60,596 bases of DNA from the IMG/VR virus record IMGVR_UViG_3300009183_000103, positions 1 through 60,596 of that record; one strand, written 5' to 3'. Shown here one piece after another: positions 40,901-49,352 of the stretch. The notes under the pieces were generated by a model. It had not been told where the DNA came from, made no database searches, and saw only the letters and a list, made by a program, of their open reading frames with translations. The first letter of the stretch is position 1; every line of letters starts with the position of its first letter. Source of the DNA: a virus (Duplodnaviria; Caudoviricetes). Both the position numbers and the translations under genes were made by a program.

Positions 40901-43900
40901 TAATCGAATCTTGAGTAAGATGGTGATTATTAATGCGTGTTAGGTATTGTTCAGATCCTGTTATATTGCCTGCTGAATCTTCGTCAAGGGTATATAATAA
41001 ATTGATATAGGTATAGTTATAGGTGTCAATCAATGATCCAAAATATTTCGCTGGTTTACTTAGAGCCAATGCCTGTTGAACAGCATAAGGAAACTCACTG
41101 CTCAATCGCCAAGCAAATTCTGTAGGACCGTATTGTCCTATTGACCAAGCGCCAGCCGCACGTTTGCTATTAAAGGATCTTGTCAATACCTGATTTGGTG
41201 CTAGTAGATTACCATTTTCATCTACAGGAATAACTGTTGACAATCCTGGACGAGCATAATTAGTATCTATACCTGCGCGATCACCGTAACGGATCAGACC
41301 TGCTTCTAGATCGTCCCATAGGAGTTTATTGCCGCCAGTGTATGGTCCCGGACCATAGAATCCTTCCCACCAGTCTGGTTTAGCTGCAAACCCTAACATT
41401 TCCCACGGCATGATATGTGGGCGGAATGTATCATAGAAGTATTGATAACAAGCACGCCAGCTACCTTGTAGTTGTTCGCCATTGATTACATCTGTGCTGC
41501 CTGCGTAGTTCCAAGTAAATGGGTCATTGGGGTCAAATGTGTCGTTGGTGCTGAAATCTAATTTATTATTACCGATCCAGTTTAAGAAGTAGATAGATAT
41601 CAGCTGATTAATATCACCTATTAGATAATCGCTGGTGCGGAACTTACCAGGTACCACAGTAAAGATATCACCAAACGTACCAATCAATGATAATTTAATA
41701 TTATTGTAGATACGTAGTTCTAATTCAAGCAAGAAGTCATCGCGGAAGTCGCCAAACGCCGGAGTAATACTACCGTCATGACCCTGGATTACTGTAGTTG
41801 GTGTCCTATAGGTATCATCTAAGAATGTTTTAGGAACAAAGCTAGGCCATAATCCTAACTTAGTTGGTGTTTCTGGAATATAGTTACCATCGGTATTGCT
41901 ATATTCTACTATCTTGATAATATCATCAACTTCGAGACCAATTTGAAAATCTATAGATGGAGTGGTGCTATTGAATGTATAGTCAACGCCTTTAACTAAC
42001 TGCACACCATTGCGATAAACTAAAACTGCTTGATTGCTGAGTTCTGTATCATTAAATATATTTGTTATTTCATAGTTGGTCTTTAATGGATCAAATACTA
42101 AAAATCCATCTACACCAGCCTGTTGGCTCACGATAGTTTTTAACGGACCATATGGTACCATATCGCTGTAGAACCATGGAAAATTTTTATTCTTAACAGA
42201 ATTAATTTTAGTTAAAATTAAATCAACACTGGATACAGGATCTGTTGGATCAATACCAGTTAGCGTTGTGCTAAGTTCAAGGAACTTGTTCTTAAATTTA
42301 GTATATTCTTGCTGTGCGTAACGTAGGCTGTTGACAAAGTTTGCTGTCTTATCTATCAAAAATAGACTCGCATAAGGAGTTGGACTGCTATGCTGTAATA
42401 TAGTTCCGCCCTGTTGTTTGATATCAATGTCACGTAGATTACTCTGTGCTAGGATATTACCGTCAAGGATAGTGCTGTTCTGACCTAAGGCTATTAAATG
42501 GTTTCGCAGTTGTCCTAGTGTCAGGGTATTAATGTCAGCGTTCTGAGCATTTAAATCTAAGTTCTGTGGTACTTGATAGAAACCAAGTTTACTAATCTCT
42601 AAACTGTAGACCAGTATGTCAATCTGATCTCCAACAGTTAATGTAGTAGATAGAGTAACGGCATTGTTGGCTAATGTCCATTGTGTTGGTTGTATATACT
42701 GGAAGTTTTGGAATACTTTAGTATAAGGTATTGTGGACTCTACTTCAGGAACAACGTCGATGGTAAATGGATTATTAGTACCATCATAAACATAACTGAT
42801 CTGTTGATATTGCTTGCTATGTTCAGGTACAGTTAACCAAGTATTTTTAGGTTGTAGTATTTCAGCATTGATTATTTTTTGTAAGTATCCAAGATTAATC
42901 AATACATCTGACAGAATAGTGTCAGATTCACTTGCATAGCTAAACGTATCAGTGTTGAAATAATTTTGGAAATTAATATCGCCCTGAGTTTGGAAATTTT
43001 TATAGCTTAGATAGAAGTCTGTAACAGGATTATTGTTACTGTCGTAGATCGTAGGTATGATACCTCTCGACAAGACTGGATCAGCAGTGCCGCTAGTAGC
43101 TCTGACATAACCAAATAATTGTGTACCGGTAAATGTACTTCTGGTATAGGTAGAAAAACTCTTGCCCGTAGGATCTAACACATCAAACAGTGGTGGTTGT
43201 TGTAGTGCTGTTTTAGCCTGGCTTTCGTTCCAGGTAACACCATCATACCACCATTGGCTGCCTTTGTATTTGCCTAGTTTAACTACTGTAGTAGAGTAAG
43301 ATATGATATCTCCGTCTTCAGCTAAGGTCAATTCAATATGCTTGTCGCCTGTTGGCAAGCCTTGATCATCGACTTCATACTGGACTAAATTTAACACATA
43401 GATTTTATTACGAACCAATGGGTCATTATCAACTCCAAATATCACACGCATACCGTCAAACAATGTTATACCAAATGCTGTTGGATACGTTTTACCTTGT
43501 AGTTCAGTAAAGGCGTTCTGCGTGTCAGTATCTAAGATATCGATTGGTGCAAGACCAATGCGACCTTCGTTGATTAATTGCAGATCACAGTCAAACTGCA
43601 CGATAGGTCTCTGTGCTCGACTGGTTTGATCAAATACTGGTGTTACTTGATTATAATTTGCAGTAGCCAGTAGAACATCAATGTGGAACCAACGATTATT
43701 ACGTGACCAAGCATTGCGATCAATACTGCCGCGATTGATAGTGATGTAGTCAGGGAATATATCAGTTGGGTAATTTAATATTAATTCGTCGTTATATAAT
43801 TCCGGAGTGATCAGCTCATCAACAGGCACTAATCTAATACCACCATTGAATTGGTTAGTATCGCCAACTTGTTCAACATAGAACTGACGATTTTGATAGT

Positions 43901-45497
43901 AAGCAGGTGATACATCATCCCCAAACTGTACTTTTAATCCTGATGTAAATTCAACTCCATTGGGGCTAGTATAATTTAGTTGTCCTAGAATGTCTGTGTC
44001 AATATCGATAGTCCAGGCATTATATTCTACTATCTTAGTATTTGTATAGATATCGCTGCGGATTCCGTCTTGTATCCATAGATTATTCAATTGACAACTG
44101 ATCAATGGTACTTGTTTAAGGAATCCGTCGTAGTCTTTATAGTATTCTTTATTAGCATTAGCGACACCAAATCGTATATAGACTTTTTCATCAAAGTTGA
44201 CCGCTTGTTCAAATATTATTCGAACCACCGGATCTGGTGATCCGTCTGCATTAGTGATTCCAGCATTAACATACACCACGCGGAATACCCCATAGCGTTC
44301 TGCTTCTGGAACCACATAGCCGGCATTAAATCCCGGAGCATTGAATGTATATGTTCCTGACGCTGTGGTAGTAAGATTAGCACTGAGTGTTACATTAGCA
44401 TTTGCTGAGTCAACACTAATAATAGTAGTTCCGCTAGGAATGCCTGTACCAGATACTTCTAAATTAGCTATCAACTTAGCTGCAGAACTTAATGTGATAA
44501 CGTTTGTTCCAGATGTTCCAGAGACTGCTGTTGGAGTTGATACAACGACATTACCATAGGTCCATGCTTCTTCACCAACGTTGGTCGCTTGTTGGACATT
44601 GACGAATACTAGGTGTTTGCCGTTAAGCTGACCTGTAATACCACCATACTGTGGATAATTATTTAAAAATGTTGACAGTAATTGATTATTAAAACTGCTG
44701 AATGGCAATGTATTAAATGGAGTAGCATAGTCTACTGAATAGACCACCGGCATAGCGATAAATCTATCCTGTGCTGTTGCTGACGGCACACGGAATGTCA
44801 CCGTGCCGCTGTCTATTCCGTTATTTTCTACTCCCAACACGTCTCGACTGCTCAGAGTAGGAGTCGCAGATACTACCCCGTCGACCCCCAATTCCGTTTG
44901 TATCCAAAACGGATATCCTGGTTGATCTACTACAAATCTATAAACTCCACCGCGAGCTAGAATAATACTATTGTCAATCACACCATTATTGGTATATATG
45001 TAACGACCATTGGCAGCATCACGTGTTACTACGTAGGTAATGTCTAAGTCTAACCCATTAGTTGAAACTTCCACAGGATTAGGACCGCCAGGCAACCAAT
45101 AGTATTGACTAAAGTTAACGAACTTATCAAAGCTGACATGCGGATCAAATGTATAATATTCTTGTTCGAATAGACGACTATGATCTGTAGTGATACCACC
45201 GTAGTAACTGATCTTATCTAAGAGATCAACATAGGTAGCAAAGAATGTGATATTCAGTTGATTGTCTTTGATGACCACACTAGGTTCAAGTTGATAGTTT
45301 TGACGATCAGCAGTAGATTCTAAAACATAGCTATCGGTACTCTTGTAAGTAGGTGCAAATCTACGACCAATATATCCATACAAGGTTGTAAAATTTGGAT
45401 CTGATACCAGCTGATCCATAGTCGCTGACAGGAATTTCTGATTCGTATCGGATCTAAAGGTAGTTGGTAAAAAATTATAGGTTTTTCTTTCAGCCAT
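31935..45497 (-). CDS. Giant baseplate wedge protein, 4520 aa (position of gp7), with FG-GAP-like propeller and carbohydrate-binding-like motifs
   Basis: Uninterrupted 13.5 kb ORF directly after gp6; N-terminal FLPTTFRSDTNQKFLSATMDQL; seven FG...GAP-like repeats. Confidence 0.8.
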   Translation of the reverse strand: MAERKTYNFLPTTFRSDTNQKFLSATMDQLVSDPNFTTLYGYIGRRFAPTYKSTDSYVLESTADRQNYQLEPSVVIKDNQLNITFFATYVDLLDKISYYGGITTDHSRLFEQEYYTFDPHVSFDKFVNFSQYYWLPGGPNPVEVSTNGLDLDITYVVTRDAANGRYIYTNNGVIDNSIILARGGVYRFVVDQPGYPFWIQTELGVDGVVSATPTLSSRDVLGVENNGIDSGTVTFRVPSATAQDRFIAMPVVYSVDYATPFNTLPFSSFNNQLLSTFLNNYPQYGGITGQLNGKHLVFVNVQQATNVGEEAWTYGNVVVSTPTAVSGTSGTNVITLSSAAKLIANLEVSGTGIPSGTTIISVDSANANVTLSANLTTTASGTYTFNAPGFNAGYVVPEAERYGVFRVVYVNAGITNADGSPDPVVRIIFEQAVNFDEKVYIRFGVANANKEYYKDYDGFLKQVPLISCQLNNLWIQDGIRSDIYTNTKIVEYNAWTIDIDTDILGQLNYTSPNGVEFTSGLKVQFGDDVSPAYYQNRQFYVEQVGDTNQFNGGIRLVPVDELITPELYNDELILNYPTDIFPDYITINRGSIDRNAWSRNNRWFHIDVLLATANYNQVTPVFDQTSRAQRPIVQFDCDLQLINEGRIGLAPIDILDTDTQNAFTELQGKTYPTAFGITLFDGMRVIFGVDNDPLVRNKIYVLNLVQYEVDDQGLPTGDKHIELTLAEDGDIISYSTTVVKLGKYKGSQWWYDGVTWNESQAKTALQQPPLFDVLDPTGKSFSTYTRSTFTGTQLFGYVRATSGTADPVLSRGIIPTIYDSNNNPVTDFYLSYKNFQTQGDINFQNYFNTDTFSYASESDTILSDVLINLGYLQKIINAEILQPKNTWLTVPEHSKQYQQISYVYDGTNNPFTIDVVPEVESTIPYTKVFQNFQYIQPTQWTLANNAVTLSTTLTVGDQIDILVYSLEISKLGFYQVPQNLDLNAQNADINTLTLGQLRNHLIALGQNSTILDGNILAQSNLRDIDIKQQGGTILQHSSPTPYASLFLIDKTANFVNSLRYAQQEYTKFKNKFLELSTTLTGIDPTDPVSSVDLILTKINSVKNKNFPWFYSDMVPYGPLKTIVSQQAGVDGFLVFDPLKTNYEITNIFNDTELSNQAVLVYRNGVQLVKGVDYTFNSTTPSIDFQIGLEVDDIIKIVEYSNTDGNYIPETPTKLGLWPSFVPKTFLDDTYRTPTTVIQGHDGSITPAFGDFRDDFLLELELRIYNNIKLSLIGTFGDIFTVVPGKFRTSDYLIGDINQLISIYFLNWIGNNKLDFSTNDTFDPNDPFTWNYAGSTDVINGEQLQGSWRACYQYFYDTFRPHIMPWEMLGFAAKPDWWEGFYGPGPYTGGNKLLWDDLEAGLIRYGDRAGIDTNYARPGLSTVIPVDENGNLLAPNQVLTRSFNSKRAAGAWSIGQYGPTEFAWRLSSEFPYAVQQALALSKPAKYFGSLIDTYNYTYINLLYTLDEDSAGNITGSEQYLTRINNHHLTQDSINFNGDTTAGTIYRGAGYINWIADYLISQGISPSTYILPLLKKYQVNLAYKAAGFTDQKYLEILAEQVSPTSTNDSILLPNENYSIFLNENPIPVDKLIYSAVIVEKTNNGWTVRGYDLFNSFFTIIPSVVNSNAYKITVLNSSAVIYNNYQSLKLNIPYGYEFITQQQVADFLVGYERYLISQGWTFTDMDSQLNEMRNWKLSVKEFLYWAQQGWRSGSIIVLSPVAETLNAITIGAITDGLDDSQYGSKVLDQNFNLVRNNNYSVLRTPSSFKLSLTDAASVIAYVEVDLVQYEHALIFDNTTVFNDVIYQPESGNRQYRLKLIGQKTGAWDGSLTAPGFVYFNGVVNDWRQGKDYLKGDLVKYKSQYYTALQDVVASNTFEFQYWQQIDQNQIQKGLLSNFSTLAVQSQGYYDSYAKVKDQDQINYSHALIGFKPRRYLSDLGVTETTQIEFYKGFIAQKGTANAVNQMLKATFNNLSSDINFYEEWAMRVGEYGALDTNPFIEIPLNESAFGVNPSIAQFVGEADNNLADGITVFNKSQLYKSDGIYTGNIALNRSASSDYDNDIPTAGYVNIDDIDTTIYDLANYVDLDGQIANMGSGYIIWCAKDFSQDWNVYRVTETNNFVIGIANSLNNRVTFTTEKPHKFVVGSVFLVKDFIDGFNGFYQVFKVVSQTSILVDYAGDPANLSNLTTEEGQGILFRMDSMRFLYMEDARIYGLLNPPNGWKVGDKIWIDDDAETTPVQGQPYSPTNTWKVYEKQAPWTVDQQLTKNIGEYATNDGYGSSVKMSADGLIVVTGSPNANSNVGIVNTFLRDYAGVFQESFSISPLSANTHAFGHAVEIGIDPASNSVLAVGAPASYGNVGYVYIYNKSEFATAFNRSQILVGNIGSEGKFGYSLAFSQTGDWLYVGAPGNAAVSSGNVHVYGLNRFIPVEEQITSINSLYTLTLSSALGTTANVGDIITQAITGATARITWVENASTYQVDNLTNFVYAPNLSITVGNVTTVYSTDISITTGSFLSNVAAYPLTSNSYAVTSNISVTSFTPAVTGPVGDPSSLLITTGTKTFIPNIDYYLNGTTINFVNNGNIANPQKLDTGTISIKQKPYYQWLKTLTLPTSNIGAQFGFALSSSFDGAQLAVGTPNDNIVGSGGELKIGAGAVYVYDRVIEAFNTVIDAVPGSGGQDYITQNSIALVYKVLLDNVEVNNYIIVSSNRIRFITPPPIGRVLYIEVNQFALLERLIGVDSLSGGLKAIQSNAAFGTSLTICSNNCAIYIGAPNYDNGTEYNSGAVWKFHNRGRLYGTNTGYTINPVFMPGDKIRLDNFEITVSGRWMPATVGNIITLSANVRANIGDYITQTVSSTGVANVTVLVDTPVTGSRYITVGDYNDNANVFSWSSGNVVSVNGTTTTAQLRASLDSFVKDVNDANLLGITASNSAGTLRFDSDSTVAKNLLRILSGANQPNSPGVYADADLIIFAFMQIIVNPFGLPGEYFGNKVKLAANAYMLVIGSARGTTKDFTTFDVTTTPKGTTLDQSTTRLYDSIQGSGSVYIYELYDDPRNEVEHPGRYAYAQQLNPDDLIPGAGFGYSLDIEGTYITVSAPASTVDGAPERSGTVYIFSNPTMTRGWQLIRWQRDKVDIDSLTRAFLYDNTTNLIKYDLQFIDPAKGRILGQAEQEISFKTEYDPAIYNRGFNPKADINQSVYWGDLQIGKVWWNLSSVRYIDYEQDTLTYRSLYWGQLFPGSTIEVLEWVQSNVVPSQYTGSGVPKYADDSAYVEEIFVDPVTGIITNRYYYWVKDKTTVDPNDPSRNIPVSAVQDYILNPKNQDIGFAAMIRSDAIAFYNVSEYLSADNTIMHLDHQLTINTDIIHSEYELVQKGNPANQIPAKIVNKLIDSLSGLDQSGRTVPDPTLSTADRYGISVRPRQSMFIDRLRAVDEMIAYVNKIFAVNAITEQFDLSGLNAEDPQPNFKLGEYDQSVTTDTELYYIDTDPLDPGYLVLVTSDTTQNGLWVLYELTVDKAWSIARVQSYKTNQYWIYIDWYADGYSSATKPDFSVATTNDALKLQATEGIIIYISNATGAGTWQLVVVQNDGSLQVVGIQNGTIQLSTSLGDFAGNGLGFGNQDFDSNRFDQNPNDEIRAIVSTLNDTIFTNTLQGEFNNLFFILINYLLTEQNYVDWLFKSSFISVTHKLRSLAQYPSYVVDNQTYYEDYIDEIKPYRTKIREYLINYTGDDVFEGSITDFDLPAYYDTSTGYGIFRSPSGENPYVEEDSATWQTFPYNQWYANRNLIVSSIQISSPGANYQTPPSVTITSVDGNGSGATAVATIDGNIGAITAITLTNAGSGYTTTPAVIINGSNTSRANAYAVMKSPFARSFDTKIKFDRISYDTTVTRWASNTTYTAGQIVSYAFPDGNVMIRKAYTVNSNITTGSSFIPNNYTEYTANLFTNANDRIIGYYEPTDVMPAIDVISIPLTLANSATNTNTIYVFNAPTLIPGMYITGNEITGNVPSCYVANVVADVTIMINSRGTIVGNIANGSSVISGIVGNISPALESSPKPGRFINNLYAKGEYVSGIGIPFEASVETNSWFAHSINLDAQSTVTANLVPFSYGGIPIKVTQVTLSVNINLTTDDTITATYNSLDQLVPGIDYPALPVQGADFTLSPLYGRRYDIASYDAVQYSTDGIALLSTRSVDVAMYSLFSQLSLGTAPQDIVTYGGAFVDPVNSHAPEELVPGRTYDTLDMRIYTQIDGNANVVAYRIFDNMTDEASYLRISTANTTILTQTLYLTDANIYVADSSGLSSPSTLYARPGAIFINGERITFYTKTVYTPALWTANTMYAVGSAITYDGVDFLTTGNVYASTFSYANVSVLPGRHVLGQLRRGTQGTGAYFTHSAGENVIDAGQNQIIPNTILGNTTVGNLLYNANVFYNAGTGTALDGTGMGGSTTPATLFLKQFPIVNGIIPGVPNELITEDAINTINTEGNVAIYTEE

Positions 45498-45508
45498 TAT
45501 GTTCCCAA

Positions 45509-48500
45509 TTAAGCAGTAATAAGTGCACCAGTTTGATTAATCTGTGCGGCAGTGATAGCACTGATGATCTTAACATCATTTACTGTCGCTGCACTGGTAA
45601 TGATTTCATTAATTTCACAATTGACCTGCATCAAGCTACCAAATACGCTGGCTTCGTTGGCCGGCACTATAACGATACTAGAAATATTTGGAACTAATTG
45701 TACATGTAGGTATGCTGCGAGTTCACTGAAATAGAAAGTTTCTCCAAAGTCCCAATTTTCTACAGCAAAATAACTATTAATGGCAGAGATCACTGATGTT
45801 TGTATTTCGTTATCGCTGATAACCACATTAGGATTTTTAACCACTTTAAACTGTGCCTGTAGTGTAGGATCGGCTTTGGCGCCAAATAGTGGTTTAAACT
45901 GTGCTGGATTATAGATGATCGTATCACTAACTGTCTTATAGTCATCTAATGTGCTGTAGTTAGTTTCTAATTCTTCGCTGGTTGGTAAACTAGGCTGTGC
46001 GATAGTTCCGGTAATATCCTGCACCCAGGCGGAATAATCAATGCTGTATTGTTGTGTGAGGATATATAAGTCGATGATATTATTTGGGCTTGGGTCAATA
46101 CGTCGATTATTTGGACTGTTGTGACGATATTGGAAATACATATCTTGGCGACCTAATTTAGCCACATAACCTGTAACAGCATTTAATATATAAGTTGCAC
46201 CGCTGATGGTCAATTGATAGAATGTATCAGTGGGGGCAATATAAAATAACTGTCCATTTTGATACAGAGTAGCTGCTACCTGTGCATCGCGCAGAGTAGC
46301 GTATTGTGATACTACAGTATTATTATCAACTGGAGTTTCCGTTACAAAATTATCGTAACCAGTAGTTGATTGGAAATAGACATACTTGTTAGTGGTATCT
46401 ACATTAGGATTTACTAGTAATTCAAACAATTCAGGATTATCCGGAATACCGTCGTTGTCGGTATCACTGAATGTCACTAAGATCCTATTGGTATCTATAT
46501 ACCCATCAACTTCGGTAATACTCTTGTAGATATTCCAAATGTAGTCAAGTGCTAGTGGATTACTATTATCAGGTTGCGTATTAACTTTTAATACTTTGAT
46601 CTGATCTTTAACTGTTAAGCCTGTTGACGCATCAAATATCTTAGTAGTGCCATCGTAGTAGAAGTTAGTTTCTTGCACACTTTCAAATATATAGTCAAGT
46701 CCGCGATAGCTGACTGTATAGGTTTTACCAACTGTTTGGAATGCGATAATCCAACTACTATCACGTGCATTTCCGCTAGTATCGCCCGCATAGGTTAAAC
46801 TAAATTCATCTGTAGTATTAAGATCTTGTGGTGCTATGATCGTCCATGCTGATGTGTCTACATCGTAACGTAGACCAAAATTAGCAAAGGCCTGTATATA
46901 ACCTACCATAGCTGAAACCAATGCTGTTGGAAAATCAACGTTAAACACAGCAAACACGCGATCAGCTTCTGCTGTTTCTGCTGCCGGAATAATCTGATTT
47001 ATAGTCACTGGGCCTTCACCATTTGACAAGTTGCCTTGACCACCATTGGTCCCATCTCCTACCACTAGTTCGATGGCTGCATAGACATAATATTTGTCGC
47101 CCGGATTGCGGGGCGTTCCTGTCTTTATACGATTCTGTGAATCAAAGTAATTGCCTGTGCCAGCGGAAAATTTAACGATTGAACTCTGTTGTATATATTT
47201 GTTAGTGCTGGTTACTGCTGAACCAATTTGTAGTATCTTACCTTGGCTATCTTGGAAAAATCCTGTGCAACCGTTGGCAATTATAGTTGATGTATGCCAG
47301 TAAATATCAGTTAGATCTAACAGTGGATAGTGTGCATAGAAAAACTGTAGAGTTTCGGGAGATTGTGCTATTGGTGCTATGCGATCATAGATCACACGAT
47401 AGATGTCATTGGTAGTAAAATAATCAAAACTAAAAGTATTAGTGGTATTATCTCTATATAAAATACCATCTTGGGCAAAAATGTTAGTGCTGGAATATTT
47501 TCCAGTAACATCAATAACATCTAGATAACGACTGATACCTGAGCTGGTTCTATTAACTGCTTTGACTTTTAACACGTCAGTAAACAATGTATAAGGTAAG
47601 ATATTATAATCTTCACCGGTGACCATACGATTCTGAGTATAGAATTGCTGTGGTGCTTTTTGTTTAACTGAATCTAAACTTTCTCTAGTAGTAGCATTAG
47701 CTACTGTGTATTGTAAGCTAGCCGTGATGGTAATAGTTTCAACTCGACCAGTGGCACTTACATAATTAATTGGTATTACTACACCTTGCATTTCGTCGGG
47801 AGTAATTTTATATTGTAGTCCATTGCTGACACGATAGTATATACGGAAGTTGCCTTGCGGAATATTTGCAAATGACCCGTCACCAAAGATCAAATCAATT
47901 TGATCGCCTGCTCGGCTATTGACTTGATAGATGTTTTTGTTTAAAGTAGCATTATAGATAACATTAGTGTTGGCTACTGCTGGAACTTTTTCCCATAGGG
48001 TATCCAAGTTGCCATTACTATCTAAACTATATAACCAAACATCTGTATTATTGATATTATTAGCATTAACTCCATATACCCTATTAGGAATACTCTCAGC
48101 AAGATTAAAATCTAAGCTCTTTAATTCACCTTGTTTAAAATATAAGAAATAACCTGTATTAGAACTACCGTTACCTAAATTGTCATTTTTATATAGAAAA
48201 TTAAACGGAGCATTTAGTTTAGGATCAGCTTCGTAGATATATGTCTTACCTGAACTGGTAGGACTGATCATCTCAAATGCCATTTGAGACCCAGCTACTG
48301 TAGATTTAAAACTATAGGTAGATAGTATATTAGGCACCAGATTGATCTGATATTCTTCATTGGTAATACCATTGATTATTTGACTGTATGCTGGTTTGCT
48401 GACTGCTTGATTATTGACTAAACTAGCATTGATTATCAGAGTCATCTGTTCTAACCAATTGCTATTACCTGCATCTGCCCAGTTGATCACCAGACCACTT

Positions 48501-48910
48501 AGATTAAGTCCGTTGCTGTCATAGACATTTTCTGTAGTGCTAACGCTGTTAAACTTTAAGAAGCCTTGGCTAGTGACATTACGTTTTGGGTTATAGCTGA
48601 TCAAACGTGCAAGTTTAAGGATACTGTCGCGACGCTGTGCAGTATCAATGAAATTTTCACGGGCATTTAGATCGGCGCGGAATGCTAGGCTTTGACCTAG
48701 GAACGCGATCATATCGATCAGGGCGATAAACTCACTGGATTCAATAAAGTCATTGAAATCTTCAGGATAATATAACTGTAGATAGCTGACCATGCTAGCA
48801 CGAAGTGTTTCGTAGTCATAGCTTTGGAAGTCAGCATTGCGGAATGATTGATATAGCTTAGTCCAATCTTCCGCAACTAGTAAAGTGGTTTGTCTTGTGG
48901 TGGTTGCCAT
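45509..48910 (-). CDS. gp6: Baseplate wedge protein, gp6-like
   Basis: DFQSYDYETLR, FNDFIESSE, ENFIDTAQRRDSILKLARLISYNPKR, FGDG, QNRMVTGEDY. Confidence 0.88.
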   Translation of the reverse strand: MATTTRQTTLLVAEDWTKLYQSFRNADFQSYDYETLRASMVSYLQLYYPEDFNDFIESSEFIALIDMIAFLGQSLAFRADLNARENFIDTAQRRDSILKLARLISYNPKRNVTSQGFLKFNSVSTTENVYDSNGLNLSGLVINWADAGNSNWLEQMTLIINASLVNNQAVSKPAYSQIINGITNEEYQINLVPNILSTYSFKSTVAGSQMAFEMISPTSSGKTYIYEADPKLNAPFNFLYKNDNLGNGSSNTGYFLYFKQGELKSLDFNLAESIPNRVYGVNANNINNTDVWLYSLDSNGNLDTLWEKVPAVANTNVIYNATLNKNIYQVNSRAGDQIDLIFGDGSFANIPQGNFRIYYRVSNGLQYKITPDEMQGVVIPINYVSATGRVETITITASLQYTVANATTRESLDSVKQKAPQQFYTQNRMVTGEDYNILPYTLFTDVLKVKAVNRTSSGISRYLDVIDVTGKYSSTNIFAQDGILYRDNTTNTFSFDYFTTNDIYRVIYDRIAPIAQSPETLQFFYAHYPLLDLTDIYWHTSTIIANGCTGFFQDSQGKILQIGSAVTSTNKYIQQSSIVKFSAGTGNYFDSQNRIKTGTPRNPGDKYYVYAAIELVVGDGTNGGQGNLSNGEGPVTINQIIPAAETAEADRVFAVFNVDFPTALVSAMVGYIQAFANFGLRYDVDTSAWTIIAPQDLNTTDEFSLTYAGDTSGNARDSSWIIAFQTVGKTYTVSYRGLDYIFESVQETNFYYDGTTKIFDASTGLTVKDQIKVLKVNTQPDNSNPLALDYIWNIYKSITEVDGYIDTNRILVTFSDTDNDGIPDNPELFELLVNPNVDTTNKYVYFQSTTGYDNFVTETPVDNNTVVSQYATLRDAQVAATLYQNGQLFYIAPTDTFYQLTISGATYILNAVTGYVAKLGRQDMYFQYRHNSPNNRRIDPSPNNIIDLYILTQQYSIDYSAWVQDITGTIAQPSLPTSEELETNYSTLDDYKTVSDTIIYNPAQFKPLFGAKADPTLQAQFKVVKNPNVVISDNEIQTSVISAINSYFAVENWDFGETFYFSELAAYLHVQLVPNISSIVIVPANEASVFGSLMQVNCEINEIITSAATVNDVKIISAITAAQINQTGALITA

Positions 48911-48930
48911 GCTATTTCCCTGTTATATAG

Positions 48931-48938
48931 TATTTATC
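48931..48938 (-). promoter_or_regulatory. Putative late promoter GATAAATA upstream of gp6
   Basis: Intergenic; followed by an AGGGA RBS and ATG 48910. Confidence 0.7.
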
Positions 48939-48961
48939 AGGAAAATAAACTGTGTAGTTAA

Positions 48962-49339
48962 TTACTGTGCTGTAAGAGTATTTGTGGCGTTGTTGAAGTT
49001 CATCAACATGAGATTAACTTGATTAGTTGGAACATATCGTAGTTGCAGCTCTATCTGTATGCCTTGATCATACTCTGTGATAACGATATTGTCAAAGCTA
49101 ACACGTGGATCATAGCTGGCGATAGCTTTAACATCCTGTGCGATCACGCTTTTTAGATCTTCAGTAAAGGGTTCATGCAATACATTCCAGATGATAGTGC
49201 CAAAATTTGGACGCATTAACTTTTCACCTTTGCGTATATTGAAGTGATTGATAATATCCTGCTTGATCAGGTCAAAATCAGTCAGGCGGAAGTTTCTGCT
49301 AGGTGCTAGAGTGCTAAATCCTTTATATGTATTGGCCAT
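48962..49339 (-). CDS. gp25: Baseplate wedge subunit, gp25-like
   Basis: IKQDIINHFNIRKGEKLMRPNFGT...LHEP...YDPRV. Confidence 0.9.
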   Translation of the reverse strand: MANTYKGFSTLAPSRNFRLTDFDLIKQDIINHFNIRKGEKLMRPNFGTIIWNVLHEPFTEDLKSVIAQDVKAIASYDPRVSFDNIVITEYDQGIQIELQLRYVPTNQVNLMLMNFNNATNTLTAQ

Positions 49340-49344
49340 GTAAA

Positions 49345-49352
49345 TATTTATC
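49345..49352 (-). promoter_or_regulatory. Putative late promoter GATAAATA overlapping the gp5-like stop codon
   Basis: Lies 5 nt before ATG 49339. Confidence 0.7.

Noticed and set aside
31935-45497. Intein or intron in the giant ORF
   Set aside because: No frame break, and no intein splice motifs or LAGLIDADG/HNH motifs were recognised
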